From: Vicugna vicugna
Taxonomy: Eukaryota
NCBI GenBank assembly: GCA_013265495.1
Contig: MU063211.1
Location: forward strand, 499,489-563,488
DNA length: 64,000 nucleotides
Reading direction: 5' to 3'
How positions within the stretch are numbered: position 1 is the stretch's first letter; each line of letters begins with the position of its first letter. Below the pieces are notes generated by a model, which worked only from the letters and a program-made list of their open reading frames with translations, did no database searches and was not told the origin of the DNA. Below, in pieces: positions 1-10,186 of the stretch. Made by a program: the position numbers and the translations under genes.

Positions 1-80
1 CAGAGGGTGGGGCTCAGAGCAGAGCTCAGCGAGGAGGGAGGGAAGGGCGGGGACGGGGGATCGGGAGGGTGTCTCCCCAC

Positions 81-511
81 CTGTGCCGGGAGGCCAGCAT
101 CTTCAGGTTGTTTTCAGGAGTGAGGGTCACCACGACCCCCTCAATGTTCTTCGTGGCCTTCTCCACCGCAAAGTCCCTTTCCCCCGAGGCCACGGCGACC
201 ACGTACCAGGACCCCAGAAGCTGATGGAGGAGGAGGGGGTAAGGCAGGCTGGTCCCTCCCACCCCTGGGCCATCCTCTGGGTCCGGGAGCCCAGGGCCCG
301 GCAGCCCGTGTGGTCTGAGCTGGCACCATGGGGGCCCAGGAGCCATGTGGCCCCAAGGAGACCATGTGGCCCACTAAGACCAACATGGCCCCAGACGTGT
401 GTGGCATGAGAGGGCTGTTACCTGCTGAGGGTCCAGCCTCCCCAGCCACAATGCCTGGGCCCTGGGCACAGAGACCAGAGCCAGAAGGGCAGTCAGCAGC
501 ACACCCGCCAT
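81..511 (-). CDS. LCN6: Lipocalin 6 (epididymal lipocalin), exons 1-2 only; gene continues beyond the left edge
   Basis: Exon 1 511-422 (90 nt, MAGVLLTALLALVSVPRAQALWLGRLDPQQ, signal peptide, donor GTAACA). Exon 2 220-81 (140 nt, LLGSWYVVAVASGERDFAVEKATKNIEGVVVTLTPENNLKMLASRH, lipocalin GxW motif). Closely resembles human LCN6 (MGGLLLAAFLALVSVPRAQAVWLGRLDPEQLLGPWYVLAVAS). Confidence 0.95.
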
Positions 512-589
512 CCTCCCAGGGGTCCACGCAGCAGCGCACACACCTGGGGCCCGGCCGGCTAAGAGGTCACTCCAGCCCCTGGAAGCCTG

Positions 590-596
590 TTTATAT
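590..596 (-). promoter_or_regulatory. LCN6: TATA box of LCN6
   Basis: Minus-strand ATATAAA about 80 nt upstream of the ATG at 511. Confidence 0.75.
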
Positions 597-1769
597 TGGC
601 TCTGACGCCCTGCTGTGGGCGGCCACCAACCACCGGGACGCCATCGTGGCCTCACTTCTCATAAGGTGGCGACATTACCTGAGGCGGGGCGGAGTTCACC
701 CTCAGGTGCTGGAGAGTGGGGGGGCGGGCCCTGGGGAGGGGGTGCCGAGCCCCTTCTACATCCCTACTCCATGCCTTCCCTTGCTGGAGCAAGGGTATGC
801 TTGCTCCACCCTTCCCTCCACCTGGAGCAAGCATACTGCTCGGAGCCGCACCATCTCCTCTGCCCCCCCCAGCGGAGACCCTGCTCCCCATGGGCGGCAG
901 CCGGCCAAGGTCAAGTCTGAGGAGAGGCAGAGAACAAGCAGTTCTTCCAGAAGCCACAGTTTTGCACATCTTTTTTTTAATCATTCGAGTACCAAAAGTG
1001 ACCCCGCAAATTGTCTGAGCGCTCCCACCCCCTCCCACCCACTCTTCTGCTCGGCTGGCCGTGGCCTCCGGCCCCCACCGCAGCCGGCACCGGCCCGGAA
1101 TGCCCTGTTCTTTCCGCCCGCTGCCCCACCCCCGGACCCACTCACTCTCCGGGCAGCCTCACCCTGCTGCCCCCACCTCGGCTGGCGGGGCCCTGGCCAC
1201 ATCCTCAGGGCCGCCTGGAGCGGAGGACAGAGGGCGGGGCAGGATCTGCGCAAGGCCCAGAAACCCCAAGGGAAGCCGCCGGCAGGCTCCTCCTGGGGGT
1301 GGGCGACTCCGCAAACCACACCTCCCAGCCCCCTCTGCTGGTCGGCCCCCCGGAGCTCTGGCAGGGCTTGGAGGCGAGGAAGGGGGCAGACGCTGGTCCT
1401 GCCAGGCCTGGCTCCCCAGGAGGGACCTCCGACAAGCAGCACCCCGCGCTGCTGAGGAGGTGAGCCGCGCGGGAAAGGTGACAAAAGCGGGCTCGCAAGC
1501 CACAGACTTGCTGCGAAGCCTTCCGCTGCCTCGCGCCCGAGAGCCGCAGCCTGAGCTCGGGCTAGGACGGTCCCTGGTGGGAAGGGACAGTGAAAGGAAA
1601 GCATGGCCCAGTAGTCACGTGAGCCTTTCCCACTGTTTTTGTGAGTTCAGTTTCCCGAGGAAGAACACTTGGGAGACAAAGACAAGGCGAGCGAGAAGCA
1701 GCAGAAAGGACGGATGCTGGAAGCGGACCCGCCGAGGCTTCCCGCGCTACAGCCAGGCAGGCTGCCGGC

Positions 1770-2083
1770 CCGCGGGAATCGCGCAACAAAAACCCACAGA
1801 CTGTGGCGTATACACAACGGACATTTACTTCTCATAGTCCTGGACGCTGGACGCGCAAGAGCAGGGAGCCAGCCTGGCCACGTGAGGGTCTTCTGGGTCG
1901 AGACTCCTTGCTGTGTCCTCGCGTGGGGGAGGGGGGGAGCTCCAGGGTTGCTTTTATAAGGGGCCTCAGGACTGCATCTCCTCCCCGAGGCCCCACCTCC
2001 CAACCCATCGCATCAGGGGTTGGGATGTCAGCTCATGACGTTGGCGGGGGCGTGGTGGGGGGACACAGACATTGAGACCACAG
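1770..2083 (-). mobile_element. Decayed MaLR (MLT1/MST-like) solo LTR
   Basis: The plus strand reads like the reverse complement of MLT1 (aacaaaaacccacagactg...catttacttctcatagtcctgga...gctgtgtcctc...cttttataagg...ggccccacctccc...ggggggacacagacatt). Recognised from memory; ends approximate. Confidence 0.7.
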
Positions 2084-2199
2084 GATAGACGGTGAGCACA
2101 GCTAGGATCACTCTGCTTAACCAGGTGAGACCCACGTCTGAAATTGTACTGTAGTTTCATAACACACTCTAAACTATAAAAACTATAAAAAGCAGTGTA

Positions 2200-2360
2200 G
2201 GGGAGGGTCTAGCTCAGTGGTGGAGTGCGTGCCTCGCATGCACAAGGTCCTGGGTTCCACCCCAGTACCTCTGTTTAAAAAAATAGACGAATAAATGAAG
2301 CTGAAATTACCCCCCTTCATTAACAAACAAGGAAAAAATAAAGTTAAAAAGGAAACAAAC
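2200..2360 (+). mobile_element. tRNA-derived SINE (camelid Vic-1-like)
   Basis: ggggagggtctagctcagtggtggagtgcgtgcc...aaggtcctgggttccacccccagtacc, with A/B-box head and A-rich tail. Degenerate target-site duplication aaaaagcagtgtag / aaaaaggtggtgtag. Confidence 0.85.
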
Positions 2361-2679
2361 AAAAAGGTGGTGTAGATAAAGGACATCTGCGTGACCTAAG
2401 GTAGTGACCATTATTAAAGCAAAATCTCTGCACAATCTTCCAAAAAGGGAAAAAGCGACCACACAAACCATGAAGAATAGAAACCTCACATTTTCTGCAA
2501 AAACACCAAAGGCCACCAGAGGTCGCTCTCAAGCCTCCGTCTCGAGACTCCACGGACAATTGCGAAGGGAGACGGAACCCGCAGGGGCGAGGGGAGGCGG
2601 GCGAGCCCCAAAGGCTGAGCTGAAACAGACCCCGGAGGAAAGTTGCTCTGACCGCAGAACTGCCACAAGGACAGGGATG

Positions 2680-2736
2680 GACGGGGCGCGGGCGGCAGGA
2701 CGGGGCGCGGGCGGCAGGACGGGGCGCGGCCGGCAG
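2680..2736. repeat. 19-bp GC/CpG-rich tandem repeat, 3 copies
   Basis: gacggggcgcgggcggcag starts at 2680, 2699 and 2718 (third copy has one mismatch). Confidence 0.9.
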
Positions 2737-3305
2737 CCTGGGGGAGGCAGCGCTTCCGGGAGAGGGGAGCCTTGGCAAGCGCCCGGGGGCCTTTCCAGCC
2801 TGCGGAGAGGGAGTTTAAAACCCCCTATGAACGTGGGGTCCGTCAAGGCAGAGCGGAGCAAACTTCACACACCAGCGGCCAAAAATGCCACCCACTGAGG
2901 AGCATTTTCTGCACTCCGCTTAGTGGATGCGCAAGGACTGGGATCTTGTTAGGAGCCGTAAGTGCCAGCCGCGCCTGGGACACGAACAGGCTTAAGCAGT
3001 CTTACACTTGGCTGCTAGAAGAAGAAACCAGAATAAGAGTAAAAACAGCCATCGGTCGGAAATCCCACCGTGGGGAGGACGGAGAGGCGTGGAAAACAAG
3101 AAAACTGAATTAAATAGGCTACAGGTTTGAAGGGCATTAAAAGAACGTCTTGAAAGAAGTTTTTTTTTAAGTAACTAAGCAGAAGTGAGCAAAAAGAGGG
3201 GAAAGTTGAGTAAGAGCTGATTGGGCTCAGGAAACAAATTGAATTTTGGAATTCACTGAAAAAGAAAAATTCTTCCGAGTTCCCAGGCAAAATGATCAGG
3301 TTTCC

Positions 3306-3518
3306 AGACGCTCACTGCTGGATGTAAAGCAGATAAACAACGAGGGCCTCCGGAGAGCACAGGGAACTACACTCAGTATCTCGTAATAAACTGTAATGAA
3401 AAAGAACATGGAAAAGTATGCCTGTGTGTAACTGAATCACGTGGCTGTACACCAGAAATTAACACAACATTGTCAATCAACTATACTTCAGTTTAAAAAT
3501 GTACAAAAAGAAAAAAAA
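3306..3518 (+). mobile_element. 5'-truncated younger L1 3' end (cetartiodactyl type)
   Basis: gcacagggaactacactcagtatc...aactgaatcac...gctgtacaccagaaattaacacaacattgtcaatcaactatacttca plus poly-A. Degenerate target-site duplication aaaatgatcaggtttcc / aaaaaaatcaagtttct. Confidence 0.85.
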
Positions 3519-3693
3519 TCAAGTTTCTTTCAAGGGTGAGAGAAATAAACTGAGTCAAACTTTCAAGAGCAAAATACGAGGCAAAGCCAGCAGAGATCGC
3601 TAACAGCAGCGGAAGTGCGCCCGCCGCTCTCAGCAAGGCCGGGCTAACGCCCCCTGCAGGCGAGGACAAAGAAGGCCTGAGAAGCCAGAAGGC

Positions 3694-3844
3694 GGGGGAG
3701 GGTACAGCTCAGCGGCAGAGCGCGCGCTTAGCCTGCCCAAGGTCCTCAGTTCGATCCCCAGTACCTCCATAAAAAATAAAATAAAAATTAATTTTAAAAT
3801 GCGTAAGAGAAACCTAATTACTTCCCCCACCAAAAAAGAAAAAA
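3694..3844 (+). mobile_element. tRNA-derived SINE (Vic-1-like) with near-perfect target-site duplication
   Basis: gggggagggtacagctcagcggcagagc...gttcgatccccagtacc, then aacctaattac and an A tail. Flanks are aagccagaaggc (3682-3693) and aagccacaaggc (3845-3856). Confidence 0.9.
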
Positions 3845-4107
3845 AAGCCACAAGGCAGATCTTGAGGGTTTACAATTGTATTGTACACCTTGACAGCAGG
3901 CAGTGACACGTGCACAAAATGCATTGGCCACAAAGAAGCGTCAGTAAACTCCATGAAGTAGAAGGTACTACAAACAGCCTCCTTTGACCCAAATACAGCA
4001 AAGTTCGGGTTTTTTTAATGTCTATTTTATGTTTTAAAAAATACTCTTGGATGAAAGGAAAAATACAAACTGAAGTGACAGAATCCCTTTAAAATAAACA
4101 CAGCAGA

Positions 4108-4250
4108 GGGGAGAGTCTATGGCTCAGGGGTAGAGTGGGTGCCCAAGGTCCTGGGTTCAATCCCTGGTACCTCCATCAAAATAAATAAGTAAATAAAAAC
4201 CTAATTACCTCCCCAAAAACAAAATTAAAAATAAATAAAATAAAAGAAAC
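4108..4250 (+). mobile_element. tRNA-derived SINE (Vic-1-like), internally deleted
   Basis: ggggagagtctatggctcaggggtagagt...caaggtcctgggttcaatccctggtacctcc...aacctaattacctcccc plus A-rich tail. Confidence 0.85.
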
Positions 4251-5939
4251 ATAATAAAAACACCATACACAATGGGACCAGGGACCGTCACCGCCTTAAA
4301 CGCTCCCACCACTAGAAATGGAAGAATGAACATAAATGCCTTAAATTCCCCACTCAAGCAGCCAGACAGGGAGCAACGAAGTAAAACACAGGAAATGAGG
4401 AGGGAGGCGGTAAAAGTGGGAAGTAACAGAACGGAGGACAGCAGGCGTCATCAGTGAACCAAGGGCCTCGCCCTTGGGAACACTGATGGAATTTTTCTGT
4501 TAATTTACAGAATTATTAACAGAACCGTTACTGTTATTTTAAAGAATAAAAGAATTAACTAACAAATAAGGAAACACTGAGGAGACCACAGATCCGTGAA
4601 GTAAGAAATGACAAAAGGGAGGGAAATGACCTCTGGGACAGAAGGGAAAAAAAGTTTCATCAACAGAAGGTACCTGGCTGACCTCTGAGCAGATAACTTT
4701 GAAGTCCTGAATGAACTGGGTAATTTTACAGGGAAATTCAGTTTGCCAAAATTTACCCTATTAGACCGATAGGTAGGAAGGGAGAGAGAGAGAGTGGATG
4801 CGCAAATAAGTAGTTGGGTGAATTGGTTATCTGGAGTCAGGGCCTAAAAGAGGAGCCAAGCTTAGGCGAGGTCAGGAGGCCGGGTCTGGGCCGGGGGCTC
4901 CGGCGCCCGCGGACGAGGAAGGATGTCTGTGCGCAGAGAAGACGCAGCAGTGGGGGGCCGCCGTCCACAAGCCGGGAGGAGAAACCCCGCCGGAAACCCT
5001 GACCTGCAGCCTCCAGAAACGTGGCAACATTAACTGGCTTGGGTTTATTTTGCAGGCTGTTTTGCAGCGCCCTGAGCAGGCTTCCCAGGGCCTTCCCTCG
5101 GGGAGCCCAGCTGAGGGAGGTAGCCTCAGCAGGACGGACCTGGGGGAAGTTCCAGGTGTCCCCCAAACACCTCTGATGTGTCAGAAGTCACCCTCCAAAC
5201 GTCTCTCCTGTGGGTCTTTGGGGACTCGGTTCAGGATTTGCTCAGGCGAGTCCCGGGCAGGCGCTCCCCTCGGGGCCGGTCCTTCCTCCTGCAGGCCTTT
5301 CTGACGGCTGGCAGGGTGCCTGAGGGTCCCAGTCCCCCAGCTTGCACACGGGTAGGGGGCTGTGCTCAGAACCTCGGTGCTGACCCCCACGTTGTCTGCC
5401 CTGACCCAGACACCCTTTCTGCCCTCCAGTCCCAGCCAATGGAAGAAAACAGAGTGAGCATACAGCCACAGTGCAGGTCAGGGGTGAGAGAGTGCAGGGT
5501 GGGCCTAGATGCTCAGTAGGGCTGGGATGACCAGCAGGGGGCGGGAGGGGCGGCCACGGCCCAGGGCCTTGGGCCCGATGCCTGTGGGTTTGAGTCTGGG
5601 GCAACAGGAAGCCACAGGAGAAGGCAGACAGGCTCCAGTGTGGCCACTTTCACTGGCAGGACCTCTGCTCCAGGCACCCCAGCCTGGGGCTGCCTGGAAA
5701 GAGACTAGGGTGAGGATGATGGGGGGGTCCCCGAGTTGGGCAGCCTGGCCCACAGGCTTTCAGAAGGGCAGGGCCAGGTGGAAAGGGAAGGGAGCCAGCC
5801 TGGACTGGGACCCACACCACCCAAGAGTCAGGCTGGGTGCCATTTCTAGGCCGATCACAGAAAACACGCCCCACCACCCCCACCCGGCACTCTTTGCGCT
5901 CCCCAGGAAAGACGCGGGGCCAGGGGGTAGGCAGTCGGC

Positions 5940-5945
5940 TTTATT
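5940..5945 (-). terminator. LCN8: LCN8 polyadenylation signal AATAAA
   Basis: Plus-strand tttatt about 90 nt downstream of the LCN8 stop codon. Confidence 0.85.
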
Positions 5946-6036
5946 CAGAGCAGGTGCAGGCGGCCCCCCAGGGCAGGGCCGCCAGGGGAGGCTGGGTGGG
6001 CGGGGCTCCGAGCATCCTGGCTGGGGCGGGGCTTCT

Positions 6037-8983
6037 CTAGATCAGCTCCTGGACACAGAAGGGCGGGGCCTCAGGGCACCACGTGGCCCCCAAGCCCCCC
6101 ACCACCAAGAGGCAGCGGCTGGGGCTGCAGCCAGGAGTGGGTGTCCCAGCTGCGCAGCAAAGCAGGATAACAGCCCCAACCCCTCGGGACCATTGAGACA
6201 GAGGGGGTCCTCCAGCTGGTGGGCTAGGCTAGCACAGTGAGGGGCCCAGGGAGCCTGAGACGATGCCCACAGTGCCCTGCTGGACGGAAGCAGGGGACAA
6301 GGGCCAGCCTCCTTCCTCCCAGCCCTGCCCTCACGCCCCAGCTGCCAGGGTCCCCTCCTGGCCGCCTGTCACCAGCCTGGAGGCCCAGGATCTAGAGCGA
6401 GCCAGGGCCCTCATCAGGCGGGGGGGACTCAGGCCGAGGGCTCAGCGCAGACCTGGGCACAGGCTCACCTCCTTCAGGAGCTTGGCACACCTCCCTGTGG
6501 GACAGGACAGCGTGAGAGGCTGTGGGGTGGGTGCCTGGGCCCCACCAGTGGGGTCCCTAGCCCAGTGACCACCCCAAAGGCCCGGGACTTACCGTACCGG
6601 GCCACCAGGTACAGCCCCGTGTCTGCTGTCAGCTCCCGGAACCTCCAGAAGCCTGGTTCATACTCGCCCTCAAGGCTCCGAGCTGTGGGGGGCACAGGCG
6701 CCTGAGCCAGGTGGTCCCCAGGAGGGCAGCAGCAGCCCAGCCCCCCACCCCAGGGGGAGCTTACTGAAATACTTCAGCACGTGGAATTCTTTGCCCTGCC
6801 AGGGAAGGGACACCCTCAGGATGGCGTACTGCTCGTAGTCTGTGTCTATGACGTGGATCTCCCTGTGGCCTGGGGGAGGAAGCGGGAGGGACAGACATGG
6901 GCAGACGGGCCCCTTCTCGGGCTTGGCAGACCTTGGAGGCCAGGGTCTGCAGGGCCTGACCCCACACTCTCGCCACCCCGAGCCCAGCCCCTCCTGTGAT
7001 GCCAGGGTGGAGGAAGGAGGACTAGAGCAGCCCCAGAAGGCTGCCCCTGAGCTGGGGAGATGGGTGTCTGGGGCACGAGGAGGCACGCAGGGGGCAGCGC
7101 AGGGAGCGGCGAGGCCGTGTGCAGGGCCAGAGGGCAGTAACCGCAACCAGGAAACGGCTCTTACCAGGGAAAACAAATTTCCCCGAAACGTCTATTTCTG
7201 AGCTCACTATTTCTTCAGTCTCACAGCTTCCTGAGCTGGAAGGCAGGAGAAGGGCTCATTAGGAAAACGCCAGCCTGCGTCCCTTCTGCCGGGCGCACTC
7301 CCGGCGGTGGCGGGAGGGGGACCGTGTCTTCGGGAAGGGCTCTGGCAGCGTGTCGGTCCCCAGGAGAGCCTGGAGCAGGATGAGGAGGGCAGAGGTACAG
7401 GCTGAGACCATGCCTGCCTCTCGCCCAAGGGCTCCATGACCTCCAGAGAGCCAGCTACCGCTAAGTCCTCTTTCCTTTCTTGTAAACTGACGGGGTTTCA
7501 TCAAGACTGTTCTTTCTCTGGGAGAAGATGGAGGTGGAGGAGCAGACCTACAGCTGGCAGCTCTGGGAGCCTGGGGGTCTGGAGCACCATATACAACAAT
7601 GACCACATTCACAGCTGCTCCGGGAACCGGCCGCACGTGCCTGCCCCCCCCCACTCCACCCCCACGGAGCCTCCAGGAACCTCCGGCTGCTTACCTGTTA
7701 TATGCGACCTTTACAGTCAGCTCCTCCCCACTCAAGGTCAGGAACAAGGCCTCCAGCCTCTTGGGGGTCTTCAGTGCCAGGTTTTGGCTGGAGGCCACAC
7801 CGACTTCCCGCCAGAATCCTGCAATCTAAAGAAAGAAGCCGGAGCCAAGCCCATCTCAGGCAGCCGGACAAAGACCCAATCCCTGGGCCTCAAAGAGGCA
7901 GACCCTCCCCTGGCCCTAGACCCCCCAGGCCGGGAGCTGGCAGGTTCTGAAAGGTCAGTGGACGGCCGCAAGGCTCGGTAGCAAACAGCAAGTTGTCGGC
8001 CTTCGGAGGGGCCCCTCCTGGCCGTCAGACAGCTGGGCCGATGGGGCGCGCCCCTCCCTGAGCAGCCCTGTCTGCAGCTGCCACGGGGCCGGCCCCAGTC
8101 CCCAAGCAGACCCAGCCCCTGCTGCTGCCGGGCCTTGGGGACAGGACTGCAGCCGCATTGGTGTTGGGAGCCTGAGAGAGGGCAGCAGGAGAGGGCCAGC
8201 CGAACGTGAAACGCGCCCAGGAGCAGCGGCCAGCAGCCCCGCCCCCAGGGAGGAGGCCCCGCTCTGCCCGGTCACATGCGGATGGGGCTCCTGCCTCCAA
8301 AAACTGACCCCCGACAGAGCCCAGCACATCCATCCGAATTTTTTGGAAACCGATCATTTTTGCAAAAGAAACGAACCCGTGTCCCAACACCCATCGCCTC
8401 TGAGGCTGCCGACGTGTCCGGGCCTAGTAGCTGGCAGACCCAGCAAAGAAGCAACTGGGTGGAAACCAAAGCCCCCAGCCAAGGGCTCCACACCTGGAAA
8501 GCCTCCAGTTCCCACGGCGTGCGGGGTCGGAGGGCGCAGGAGGGTCCCACCCACCCGGGAGCAGGAGGTGGCCGTGCTGAGCCCCACACCCTGGAGACCC
8601 TGCAGGACCCGCTGGCCTGGCCAAGGATGTAAGCCTGCCCCCAGGAGGCCCTGAAGAGGGTGCTGCCCCTGCCCATCCTTGGGCACTCGCCTCACACCCA
8701 CTCACCAGGAGAGGAGACCCCCGGCGGGGCTGAGCTCAGAGCCTCAACCACCTGCCCTTGCGGGGCTGCCCTGGGTGGGGCCTGGGGCCCCAGCGTAGCT
8801 ACCCCGGCATCCCTGGGAGTGGGGGGACAGGGCACCGGAGCAGCTGGACGCTTGGGCCCCTCCCTGCCCATCCTCTCCAAGCCAAGAAAGACAAGCCACC
8901 TTCTGCAGGTCCAGGTCCTGCGTGGTCATCTCCACCTGCACCAGGGTGACGGCCAGGACGGCGCTCAGCAGCCTGGTCTCCAT
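6037..8983 (-). CDS. LCN8: Lipocalin 8 (epididymal), 7 coding exons, 172 aa
   Basis: Exons 8983-8900, 7825-7695, 7235-7165, 6869-6765, 6682-6593, 6494-6469, 6048-6037 (84+131+71+105+90+26+12 = 519 nt), all GT-AG. Protein METRLLSAVLAVTLVQVEMTTQDLDLQK-IAGFWREVGVAS...GSCETEE...HREIHVIDTDYEQYAIL...GFWRFRELTADTGLYLVARYGRCAKLLKEELI*. Has the GFW and TDY lipocalin motifs and the C-terminal ELI* seen in human LCN8. Confidence 0.96.
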
Positions 8984-9029
8984 GAAGGGTCTGTGCTCCG
9001 GGCTCCTGTGCCCTCCCAGGTCTCTGGGG

Positions 9030-9035
9030 TTATAT
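9030..9035 (-). promoter_or_regulatory. LCN8: TATA-like box of LCN8
   Basis: Minus-strand GATATAAC about 50 nt upstream of the ATG at 8983. Confidence 0.65.
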
Positions 9036-10052
9036 CGGGAGGGAGAGTTGGCGTGTTGCACAATACCCTGAGAGTGTCCTCGGCAAACTTGGCCTCCGAC
9101 CACACAGGGGGCGAGCATCCTGGCCCCGGATACCCACAGCCTCGGAGTGGGGGGTGGGGTCTGGACCAGAGCAGCCTGCATCACCACCTTCCTGGCCTGG
9201 GGACAATGGTGGACAGTTCAGCCTAAGAGCAGGACCAGGCCGCCCACACCCACACGGCTGCACAGGACCACATCTCCAACCCTAGGAGGGGCTGCAGAAC
9301 TTGGGTGAGAAAGGATGTTCCTTGCAGAGGGAGCACAGTGGCCTGGTGGGAGGGCAGGGCCCACAGGAGACGGCGGTAGGGTCGAGCCAGTCCTCTGCAG
9401 GCACCAGGGGACTGCCAGCTGTTCTGTCTCCTTCCTGCACCTGCGTCCTCTCCCACTGTGATGGTAGCCACCCTCCCCGTGCCAAGCCCCACAGTGCACA
9501 GTGAGATGAGGCCCACAGCCCAGAAGGCCCTGCCTTGCTCGCGCTCCAGGGGCAGGGGGCCGCCAGCTTCCCCTCTTCCCATCCGGGCCCCAGACCCCCA
9601 CCCCTACCGAGCTTTTGATCCCAGACTCAGACCAGAGGATGAGCAGGTTGAGGTGAAGTTGGAGTCAGTTTTCCTGGGCACAAGCCCCGGCCCTTCTACA
9701 GCGTAGCCCAGGCGAGCTGCCTGCCTCAGCTTCCCCGTCGCTCATGGTCATGAGGCAGACTGGCAGGTGCCAGGTGGCCAAGAGGGGCCTAAGGCAACTC
9801 CTACCCAGATCAGCATCCCTGGTCCTTGGCCGGCAGGGGGCAGCCTTCCACCTTCAAGGCCAGAAAAGCCCACCCTGCAATGGCTCCATGCTTGGTCAGC
9901 TAAAGGGGACTGGCCACCTTGATCTGGATGTAAGACTGCCTTCCAACAAAGGCCATCAGGTTGGGGTCAAGCGAGGACAGGGAAGCCCAGAGACCAAGGG
10001 GACCATTCAAAGGGTAGGAGCAGTAGGGAGCCCCAGGGAGGCTGAGCACTGG

Positions 10053-10186
10053 CTGACCCCAGCCCCAGTCTGACCCCAGAACCAGTCTGACCCCAGCCCC
10101 TGTCTGACCCCAGAACCAGTCTGACCCCAGCCCCTGACTGACCCCAGCCCCTGTCTGACCCTGGAACCAGTCTGACCCCAGCCCTG
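10053..10186. repeat. 17-bp minisatellite, 8 copies, two alternating variants
   Basis: ctgaccccag cores start at 10053, 10070, 10087, 10104, 10121, 10138, 10155 and 10172. Variants are ctgaccccagcccc(a/t)g(t/a) and ctgaccccagaaccagt. Confidence 0.95.

Larger units (their letters stand above)
2090..4780 (+). mobile_element. Ancient, heavily decayed LINE-1 (L1M-like) ORF2-region remnant interrupted by younger inserts
   Basis: A-rich plus strand. Segments at about 3890-4010 and 4250-4430 resemble the L1 ORF2 endonuclease and post-endonuclease region. No intact ORF; boundaries approximate. Confidence 0.6.

Noticed and set aside
328-1455. 375-aa plus-strand ORF antisense to LCN6 exon 1 and promoter
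   Set aside because: Pro/Gly/Ala/Arg-rich low-complexity translation typical of stop-poor GC-rich DNA; no recognisable domain or supporting gene signals.
2200-4250. tRNA-like sequences that could be called tRNA genes (also 19286-19373)
   Set aside because: They carry SINE-specific 3' bodies, A-rich tails and target-site duplications and lack a clean cloverleaf; they are SINE heads.
4837-5166. Minus-strand ORF with nearby AATAAA (5044-5049) as a possible Lcn5 remnant
   Set aside because: No lipocalin motif, exon-size pattern or matching splice sites.
9307-9321. Possible androgen response element upstream of LCN8 (TGTTCC half-site)
   Set aside because: The second half-site matches poorly; not distinguishable from background.
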